DNA of 64,000 nt, from NCBI GenBank assembly GCA_020850945.1, contig JADZDR010000091.1, positions 35,565 through 99,564 of the forward strand, in the 5' to 3' direction. Positions 49,902 to 57,071 of this stretch are shown here, one piece after another. The first letter of the stretch is position 1; the number at the start of each line of letters is the position of its first letter. The DNA comes from Acidimicrobiia bacterium. GTDB lineage: Bacteria > Actinomycetota > Acidimicrobiia > UBA2766. Made by a program: the position numbers and the translations under genes. Under the pieces are notes generated by a model. It made no database searches and was not told the origin of the DNA. It saw only the letters and a list, made by a program, of their open reading frames with translations.

Positions 49902-50606
49902 TTACTCAGGGGTTCGGGCATCCCCGGACGTCAGGCCGGACTTCGAAGCCGCGTCCGAGATCGACTTCTCGAGTCTCGCTTGGACAGCCGCCACCGTGAG
50001 ATCTGCCCGCGTGCGCTCGAGGATCCCCCTGTCGGCATCGGCCGCCCGCCGCAGGCCACCGGTCATCGCATCCGGGAAGTCGACGAGACCGAGGGCGTCG
50101 TAGAAGCCCTCCATCGTCGTGAACGTCGCCTCGGCAGCGTCGAGATCCCCGCGGCGGAGAAGGTCGAGGACGCGGCGCCGCAACTCTCCAACCGCCTCGG
50201 CCAGGCCGTGCAGCCACGCGGTCTCGGACACGCCGACGGTCTCGGGGGAAGGGAGCTCGGCGCCGGTCACGACGGCGTGTGTGACGCGTGCCTCGGCGTA
50301 TTCCTTCTGGGCGTCGTGCACGAATCCCGCCCAACGGACACTCGCATGCGGTGCAAGCGCGGTCTCGGCTTCGTCGAGGGCGCCCCGGGCTTCACCCAGC
50401 AGCGACTCGGCCGTGGACAGATCGGCACGGTGCAGCGCCCGGACTGCGTTGGCGCTCGCCCGTGTCGCGTGGCGGGATGCGACGAGGGCCGTGTCACGTG
50501 CCGCCGCCGTCGCGCGCAGAGCTTGCACGATCCGCTGCGTGAGGGAGACGGCTGCAGCCCCGTATGCCGGTTCGCTCCGGCGGTCATCCTCCGCGGGGAG
50601 GCTCAT
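49902..50606 (-). CDS. translin family protein
   Basis: The pattern AVRALHRADLSTAESLL...FVHDAQKEYAEARV...GLAEAVGELRRRVLDLLRRGDLDAAE...GGLRRAADADRGILERTRADLT follows the translin (PF01997-type) helical pattern as I remember it from archaeal and bacterial members. Confidence 0.75.
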   Translation of the reverse strand: MSLPAEDDRRSEPAYGAAAVSLTQRIVQALRATAAARDTALVASRHATRASANAVRALHRADLSTAESLLGEARGALDEAETALAPHASVRWAGFVHDAQKEYAEARVTHAVVTGAELPSPETVGVSETAWLHGLAEAVGELRRRVLDLLRRGDLDAAEATFTTMEGFYDALGLVDFPDAMTGGLRRAADADRGILERTRADLTVAAVQARLEKSISDAASKSGLTSGDARTPE

Positions 50607-50624
50607 GCGGCCAAGGTGGGGAGC

Positions 50625-51281
50625 TCAGACCCCGCGGGGAACGCGCTGCTCGCGGCGTGCGTGGCGGCGACCTTCGCTCGGCCCGTTGCGCTGCGGCTGC
50701 GCATGGCGAGGACTCTGGAGGAGACGGCTCGGCGGGCGCCTGTCCGTCTGGCCGACGGGCAGGGGCTGCATGGTCACGTCGCCTTGGGCGAGACGGACAC
50801 GGCTGCGCTGGTTGCGTATCCGGTCCAGCTTCTCGGCCCGCAGGCGTGCCTCGTCCTTGCGGGCGGCCTCGTGCGCGAGCGACATGTAGGCGAGCGTGAG
50901 GACGAGGAGCGGGAAGGCGACCCACCACAGCTGATGGCTGAAGAGGCCGAGGAGGAAGAAGAGGATCGTCGCCCCGGACAGGGCAACCATGATCGACTGG
51001 CGCCGCTGTGCCGCCGCCCGGCGCTTCGGTTCGTGCAACACGAGTTGTGCGGCGGGTTCGGTCGGTACGAGCACTGGTCGTGTCCCCGACACCGTTGGTG
51101 ATGCCATGTATGTGGCCCTTCTGTTGTCGTGGTGGGCGAGGGCATTCATGCCTCGCCGGAAGGTCCCGACCGTCTGGACCGGGGATGCCCCCATGCGCTC
51201 CCGGATGGACGGGGCGAGCAGGTAGGCGATGAACAGGATGGCAACTATTGCGAGAACTACGAGACTGAAACTCACTGGCAC
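50625..51281 (-). CDS. membrane protein, candidate divisome protein of the SepX/GlpR type
   Basis: It has an N-terminal TM helix right after the start (MPVSFSLVVLAIVAILFIAYLL), a basic linker and two more TM helices. It lies in the galU-moeA neighbourhood where GlpR/SepX is found in other Actinobacteria. The GTG start is preceded by GGAGCGGAG. Confidence 0.5.
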   Translation of the reverse strand: MPVSFSLVVLAIVAILFIAYLLAPSIRERMGASPVQTVGTFRRGMNALAHHDNRRATYMASPTVSGTRPVLVPTEPAAQLVLHEPKRRAAAQRRQSIMVALSGATILFFLLGLFSHQLWWVAFPLLVLTLAYMSLAHEAARKDEARLRAEKLDRIRNQRSRVRLAQGDVTMQPLPVGQTDRRPPSRLLQSPRHAQPQRNGPSEGRRHARREQRVPRGV

Positions 51282-51594
51282 TCCGCTCCGTGCTTGATGA
51301 AAGGTTCAGCACCCTCGTCACCCGTCTCGGGGTGACCAACGATTGGCAGTCAGACCTGGTGGATCTCGTCGGTTCGGTCCGTCACTCCGCCGGGCGGCTC
51401 ATCGGTTGGGTGAGGCTCTGTGCCTTCCCACCCGGGCCACCGAGCGAGGAACGGTGGTAACAGTCCGACACTCTTGCCAAGCGCGGGGGGTGTTGTCAAG
51501 CAACATTGCGTTCTGTCGCTAGCACTTGCTTGCAAGAGTTTAGCAGTCCTTGACGCGAAACGCCAGCCGTGTTAGGTCTCCCGCGCGTCGATGT

Positions 51595-52050
51595 TCAGAC
51601 TTCCCGAACCCAGTGGCCGGACCTTCCTCCACTTTTCTCGAGAAGGCTCACCGATTCGATCGTCAGCCACCTGTCGATCCCCTTCACCATGTCGTAGATG
51701 GTCAAGGCGGCGACCGAAGCGCCCGTGAGCGCTTCCATCTCGACACCCGTACGTGCCACGGTCTCGACCGTCACCCGGATCAGGACGTGATCCGCCTCGA
51801 CCTCGATCTCCACGTCGACACCGGTGAGGGGGAGGGGGTGGCAGAGCGGCACGATGTCGGGGGTGTGCTTGGCGGCAAGGACGGCTGCGACACGGGCAGT
51901 GGCAAGCGCATTGCCCTTGGGGAGGTCGCTTGCCGCGATGCGGCGGAGCGTCTCGGGGGCGCACACGAGCCGGGCCTCGGCGACAGCGCGTCGCTCGGTC
52001 TCGGCCTTCTCGCCCACCGAGATCATCCTTGTCTCGTTTCCGGCTGCCAT
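51595..52050 (-). CDS. moaC: cyclic pyranopterin monophosphate synthase MoaC
   Basis: It has the MISVGEKAETERRAVAEA..., IVPLCHPLPLTGVDVE and GVEMEALTGASVAALTIYDM motifs. The start is uncertain (52050 or 52113). Confidence 0.85.
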   Translation of the reverse strand: MAAGNETRMISVGEKAETERRAVAEARLVCAPETLRRIAASDLPKGNALATARVAAVLAAKHTPDIVPLCHPLPLTGVDVEIEVEADHVLIRVTVETVARTGVEMEALTGASVAALTIYDMVKGIDRWLTIESVSLLEKSGGRSGHWVREV

Positions 52051-52085
52051 GTGGCCACCTTCTGCTTCGTTCACGAGCGGTGTCC

Positions 52086-53309
52086 TCAGAGCTCGATCAG
52101 ATCGACGACACACCCCGGTTCGAACGGATCGTGCCCGTCGGGGAGCACGGCGAGAGCGTCGGCCGCCGCCATGGCGCGAAGTTGGTGGGACCCCTGGGCC
52201 CCCGCCCCCCGGTACCTGCCGTCGGGGTCTCGCCGCACACGGACGAAGTGCACCTTGCCGTCCTGCCTCTTGTGCATCCTCTCCCCGAGCTCCCCGCGAG
52301 ACCGGGGCGGCACAACGGGTTCGACACCCGCGAGACCACGCAGGAGCGGTCGCACGAAGAGCTCGAAGGCCACGAGGGCGGAGACCGGGTTGCCGGGCAG
52401 ACCGACGAACAGCGCCCCCTCGACTCGCCCGAACGCGAGCGGCTTCGCGGGCTTGATCGCGATCTGCCAGAAGTCGACGTCTGCCCGCCCTCCCGCGTTG
52501 CCGAGCGCGACCTTCACGACGTCGAACTCCCCCCCCATCGACACGCCGCCCGTCGTGAGCAGGACGTCGTGGCTTCCGGCAAGGTCGGCGAGGTCCGCGA
52601 GGCAGCGCTCGGGCTCGTCGCCCACATGCACCGTCGTCACGTCCCGCGTGCCACAGCGTGTGCGGAGCGCGGCGGCGATCGTCATCCGATTCGAGTCGTA
52701 GATCTGGCCGGGGAGGAGCGGTCCCTCGCCCGGTGCGACGAGCTCGTCACCAGTGGACACGACAGCCACACGGGGCCGCGGCACGACGGTCAGAGAACTC
52801 GTGCCACAACTCGCCGCGAGACCCACGTCGGACGGTCCGAGCTGCTTGCCCGACTGCAGGGCGACGTCACCCTTGGCGAGGTCCTCTCCCGCGCGGCGCA
52901 CATGCGAACCGGATGGGACCGCGTCACGGATCTCGACCCAGGTCCCGTCACGCCCTGGAGGAGGGTCGACCTCGCGCGTGGCCTCGACCGGCACGACAGT
53001 GTCCGCGCCGTCCACCATGACGGCACCCGTGAGGATGCGGGCAGCCTCCTCGGCCGCGATGCGGCGGTCGGAGGGCCGGCCCGCCGCCGAGACGGTCACG
53101 ACGGGGAGGACCGTCGGCACGGACTCGAGATCGGTGTGGCACACCGCGTACCCGTCCATGGCCGAGTTGTCGAAGGGTGGAACGGGCTGCGAGGCGAGCA
53201 CGGGTTCGGCGAGTACGAGACCGACACACCGGTCGAGGGCCTCGATGCGGGGCGGAAGCGGGCTCGCCGCGGCGAGGACCCGCTCGAGTGCATCCTCGAG
53301 AGAGATCAC
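52086..53309 (-). CDS. moeA: MoeA-family molybdopterin molybdotransferase / gephyrin-like protein
   Basis: It has the full-length MoeA pattern (PPFDNSAMDGYAV, TGDELV, LTTGGVSMG, LPGNPVSALV). Confidence 0.85.
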   Translation of the reverse strand: MISLEDALERVLAAASPLPPRIEALDRCVGLVLAEPVLASQPVPPFDNSAMDGYAVCHTDLESVPTVLPVVTVSAAGRPSDRRIAAEEAARILTGAVMVDGADTVVPVEATREVDPPPGRDGTWVEIRDAVPSGSHVRRAGEDLAKGDVALQSGKQLGPSDVGLAASCGTSSLTVVPRPRVAVVSTGDELVAPGEGPLLPGQIYDSNRMTIAAALRTRCGTRDVTTVHVGDEPERCLADLADLAGSHDVLLTTGGVSMGGEFDVVKVALGNAGGRADVDFWQIAIKPAKPLAFGRVEGALFVGLPGNPVSALVAFELFVRPLLRGLAGVEPVVPPRSRGELGERMHKRQDGKVHFVRVRRDPDGRYRGAGAQGSHQLRAMAAADALAVLPDGHDPFEPGCVVDLIEL

Positions 53310-53356
53310 TTCACCTCACCCAACGTCTTGTGCCGGAACGCAATTGCATGGGTCTC

Positions 53357-54235
53357 TCAACTGATGCCGTTGCGGCTGCAGAACTCGCGCAGGAACGCGC
53401 GGAAGGCCGGTCCGAGATCCTCACGTCCCGCCGCCACCTCTACCGTTGCCCGCAGGTACTCGAGCTTGTCGCCGATGTCGAAACGCTGTCCTTCGTAGAC
53501 GTGCGCATAGACGGTCTGGAAGCCGGCGAGCTTCGCTATCGCGTCGGTGAGCTGGATCTCCTCACCGGGTGGGGAGTCGATGGCCTCGAGCGCGTCGAAG
53601 ATCTCGGGCGTGAACACGTAGCGGCCGATCACGGCCAGGTTCGACGGCGCGGTCTCGGCGCTCGGCTTCTCGACGACGTCGAGGACCCGCATGAGTGACC
53701 CGGTCGTGTGCTCGGGCTTGATGCAGCCGAAGTTGGAGACCTCCTCCTTCGGGACCTCCTGCACACCCACGACGGACCGACCGAACTTCTCGAAATCCTC
53801 GAGCATGTCGACCGTGAGGTTGGCCCGGGGCGGCAGAACGTCGTCGCCGAGCATGACCACGAACGGTTCCCGCCCCACGTGGTTCGCGGCAACGGTGATC
53901 GCGTGTCCGAGGCCGCGGGGTTCCTTCTGGCGGATGTAGTGGATGTCGGCCAGCTCCGAGATACGCCGGATCTGGTCGAACAGCTCCTCCTTGCCGGCCT
54001 CGAGCAGTGCGTCCTCGAGCTCGCCCGACCTGTCGAAGTGGTCCTCGATCGAGCGCTTCATGTGGCTCGTCACGATCAGGATGTCGGCGAGACCGCTGCG
54101 CACGGCCTCCTCGACCACGAACTGGATCGCCGGGGTGTCGACGAGGGGGAGCATCTCCTTGGGCTGCGACTTGGTCGCAGGCAGGAAGCGCGTCCCGAGG
54201 CCGGCCGCCGGGATCACGGCTTTTCGGACACGCAC
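53357..54235 (-). CDS. galU: UTP--glucose-1-phosphate uridylyltransferase
   Basis: It has KAVIPAAGLGTRFLPATKSQPKEMLPLVD. The start is trimmed to GTG 54235, preceded by GGAGGAAGAGG. Confidence 0.9.
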   Translation of the reverse strand: MRVRKAVIPAAGLGTRFLPATKSQPKEMLPLVDTPAIQFVVEEAVRSGLADILIVTSHMKRSIEDHFDRSGELEDALLEAGKEELFDQIRRISELADIHYIRQKEPRGLGHAITVAANHVGREPFVVMLGDDVLPPRANLTVDMLEDFEKFGRSVVGVQEVPKEEVSNFGCIKPEHTTGSLMRVLDVVEKPSAETAPSNLAVIGRYVFTPEIFDALEAIDSPPGEEIQLTDAIAKLAGFQTVYAHVYEGQRFDIGDKLEYLRATVEVAAGREDLGPAFRAFLREFCSRNGIS

Positions 54236-54426
54236 GCCTCTTCCTCCTGGCTGGGTCGATCTGCATGAGCTTACCCACGATGCCGGTCCCGGCGGGCGGG
54301 GAGAGGGCCTCATGTGATTCCCCGCCCGAAGCGCACATAGAATCGGGACGGCCGCCGATCGATTGCCTGGGCGGCCGATTGTGGGTTTGCAGCCGCCGGC
54401 GCCGGACCTGACACGAGAGGTGAACC

Positions 54427-54732
54427 GTGCCCACCTACGAATACGCATGCCAGAAGTGCGGAAACCACTTCGAGGTCGTCCACGGGTTCAAGGACAAGCC
54501 CCCCAAGAAGTGCGAGGCGTGCGGTGGCGCGCTGCAGAAGGTGTTCCATCCCGTCGGTATCGTCTTCAAGGGGTCTGGCTTCTACAAGACGGACTCGCGC
54601 AAGAGCGACAAGTCGGGTAAGACGGAGAAGACACCGGCGGCGGCGAAATCCGACTCCGGGTCGTCGAGCAAGGCTTCGGACAGCACGTCGGGCAGCACGT
54701 CGACCTCCGAGAAGTCGGAGAAGAGTGCCTGA
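54427..54732 (+). CDS. FmdB family zinc-ribbon protein
   Basis: It has MPTYEYACQKCGNHFEV...CEACGG and then a Ser/Lys-rich tail. Confidence 0.85.
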   Translation: MPTYEYACQKCGNHFEVVHGFKDKPPKKCEACGGALQKVFHPVGIVFKGSGFYKTDSRKSDKSGKTEKTPAAAKSDSGSSSKASDSTSGSTSTSEKSEKSA

Positions 54733-55570
54733 GTCTCCGGGGGGCGTCTCCTCACAGAGTGCCCGAGGAGCACCGCGTGCCGACATAGGCGTCTTCGGCG
54801 GATCCGGCTTCGAGTCGTACCTCGCCGATGCCGAGGAGATCGAGCTCGAGACACCGTACGGCCCACCCGCCGCTCCCGTGAAGATCGCCACGCTGCACGG
54901 CAAGAAGGTCGCGTTCGTCCCCCGCCACGGACGTGAGCACGAGTTCGCCCCCCACCGTGTGCCGTACCGCGCGAACGTGTGGGCGATGAAGGCCCTCGGG
55001 GTGCGCAAGCTCGTCGGCCCGTGCGCGGCGGGCAGCCTCCAGCACCATGTCGAGCCGGGCTCCTTCGTGGTGTGCGACCAACTCGTCGATCGCACGAAGG
55101 GCCGTGCGGACACGCTCTTCGACGGCCCGCCCGTCACCCACGTCAGCTTCGCGGATCCGTATTGCCCCGACCTCCGCCCCCGGGCGGTGGCGGCGTGCCG
55201 TGAAGCAGGGGTGACGGCACACGAGAGCGGGACAGTCGTCGTGATCGAGGGTCCCCGCTTCTCCACGCGGGCAGAGTCGGCCTGGTACTCGGGACAGGGC
55301 TGGGAGGTCATCAACATGACCCAGCACCCCGAGGCCGTTCTCGCCCGCGAAGCCGAGATGTGCTACGTGAACATCTCCCTCATCACGGACTTCGACGCCG
55401 GTTTCGGGGAGGACAGCGGCATCGAACCCGTCACGGTCGACGAGATCCTCGCCGTGTTCAGGACGAACAACGAACACCTCGCCGACGTGCTCGAAGCCCT
55501 CATCCGCGACCTGCCCGCGGACCCACCCGTCTGCACCTGCAACACGGCAACGCAGGGTGCGCAGGTGTAG
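54725..55570 (+). CDS. mtnP: S-methyl-5'-thioadenosine phosphorylase
   Basis: It has IGVFGGSGF, FVPRHGREH and VINMTQHPE motifs. The start is uncertain; GTG 54725 overlaps the FmdB stop. Confidence 0.85.
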   Translation: MPESPGGVSSQSARGAPRADIGVFGGSGFESYLADAEEIELETPYGPPAAPVKIATLHGKKVAFVPRHGREHEFAPHRVPYRANVWAMKALGVRKLVGPCAAGSLQHHVEPGSFVVCDQLVDRTKGRADTLFDGPPVTHVSFADPYCPDLRPRAVAACREAGVTAHESGTVVVIEGPRFSTRAESAWYSGQGWEVINMTQHPEAVLAREAEMCYVNISLITDFDAGFGEDSGIEPVTVDEILAVFRTNNEHLADVLEALIRDLPADPPVCTCNTATQGAQV

Positions 55571-55646
55571 GCTCCTCGCACTTCCCCCTGCGTGCCCCGC
55601 GCCGCCTCGCTTCCCCCACTCACTCGCGAGTCTCCTGGAGGCCTCA

Positions 55647-56279
55647 ATGCGGCGCAGGCTCCGTCTCCGGGCAGCAGCGGAGAACCGCTTCCTGCTCGAC
55701 ACCCGCAAGATCGCAGTCCTCGGATCGGTCTGCCTCGTCCTCGTCGTCCTGTGGATCCTCGTCCCCGACGTCGGACCGGCGCCCGGCGCGGGGGAGGACA
55801 CCCCGCCCGGAACGCATCCCACCCCGGCCACGCCGCCTGTGCCGACCGCGGACCCGGCGGATCCACCTGACGGAGAGGAGACGCCGGTTGTCCCCGCCCT
55901 CGAGGTCCCCACGTCCATGCGGACCGTCACCGTCGTCGTCCCCGATCCTCTCGGCCTCGACGCCGGCGACACGGTCGACGTGCTCGTGACGCTCGACGCG
56001 GACATCGCCACCGACGCGACGGCGGCCCTACGGGTCGTGAGGCGTGCCACCGTCCGGTCGGTGGCCCCGGCCGACACAGGCCCGGGCGAGGTCACGGTCT
56101 CGCTCATCGTGACGCCCGATGATGTGGGGCGGGTCGAGTTCGCGTCCCGCCGCGGCACCGTGGCCCTGAGCCTCACACCGGCTGCGGAGGACGGTGCGGC
56201 CCCGAGCGAACCCCTGCCCCCCGACGGGTCAGCCGGTGGGGGATCGGACCCCGGTCACGATGAGGATCACGACGAGTAG
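55647..56279 (+). CDS. membrane-anchored SAF/CpaB-like domain protein
   Basis: It has an N-terminal TM helix (IAVLGSVCLVLVVLWILV), a Pro/Thr linker and a beta-rich C-terminal region. It occupies the position next to FmdB where a SAF-domain protein sits in other Actinobacteria. The ATG at 55647 is preceded by CTGGAGG. Confidence 0.5.
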   Translation: MRRRLRLRAAAENRFLLDTRKIAVLGSVCLVLVVLWILVPDVGPAPGAGEDTPPGTHPTPATPPVPTADPADPPDGEETPVVPALEVPTSMRTVTVVVPDPLGLDAGDTVDVLVTLDADIATDATAALRVVRRATVRSVAPADTGPGEVTVSLIVTPDDVGRVEFASRRGTVALSLTPAAEDGAAPSEPLPPDGSAGGGSDPGHDEDHDE

Positions 56280-57071
56280 GGCGGCCGCGAAACGCCATAT
56301 CACGAAGACGAGGAGGGTGCGGCGGCGCAGGAACGAGAGCAGCCACTCGATCGCGAGCCAGCCCGTGAGCGCCGACGCTGCCACACCCACGACGAGCTGT
56401 CCGATGCCGATGCCCGCCGGCAGAGGCTCTGTGACGAGCTCGTACATCTTGTACGCCACGACACCAGCTGTGATCGGGAGGGAGAGGAGGAACGAGAAGC
56501 GCACGGCGGTGACCCGCGTGAGGTCTCGCAGGATGCCGGCTGTGATCGTGATACCCGAGCGCGAGGTACCGGGGATGAGGGCGATTGCCTGCGCCGCACC
56601 GACGAAGAGCGCATCCTTGAAGGTGAGCGATTCGAGCTCGCGGTTCGTGGAGGAGAACCTGTCCACGAGGTACATGACCACACCGAACGCGGCCAGCGTG
56701 ATCGCGATCACCCACGCGTCGCTCAGGACCTCGGTGATGACGTCCTCGAACACGAAACCCACGATGGCGGCGGGCACGCTGCCGATGAGGAGATAGACCA
56801 CGAGCCTCTGCTCGAACGTGTCGACGCGCCGTTCCCGCACGATGCTCCACGCCGACAGGAGCAGGTCCTTCACGTCGGCGCGCAGGGCGACGACAACGGC
56901 GACCAGGGTCCCGAGATGGAGGGCGACGTCGAACGTCTTCTCGGCCGCGGGGCTGAGGAAATCCCATCCGAACACCCAGGGGACGAGGACGAGATGCCCG
57001 GACGAGGAGACCGGGATGAACTCCGTGAGGCCCTGCACGATCCCGAGGATCAATGCCTGCAGATAAGTCAC
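56229..57071 (-). CDS. uppP: undecaprenyl-diphosphate phosphatase
   Basis: It has LQALILGIVQGLTEFIPVSSSGHL and PGTSRSGITI motifs. The GTG start at 57071 overlaps the mutase stop (GTGA). Confidence 0.9.
   Translation of the reverse strand: MTYLQALILGIVQGLTEFIPVSSSGHLVLVPWVFGWDFLSPAAEKTFDVALHLGTLVAVVVALRADVKDLLLSAWSIVRERRVDTFEQRLVVYLLIGSVPAAIVGFVFEDVITEVLSDAWVIAITLAAFGVVMYLVDRFSSTNRELESLTFKDALFVGAAQAIALIPGTSRSGITITAGILRDLTRVTAVRFSFLLSLPITAGVVAYKMYELVTEPLPAGIGIGQLVVGVAASALTGWLAIEWLLSFLRRRTLLVFVIWRFAAALLVVILIVTGVRSPTG

Noticed and set aside
51282-51594. Moco riboswitch associated with moaC/moeA
   Set aside because: The gap lies downstream (3') of moaC rather than upstream of a Moco gene, and I could not recognise the conserved Moco RNA motif by eye. 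I kept it only as an unexplained non-coding region.
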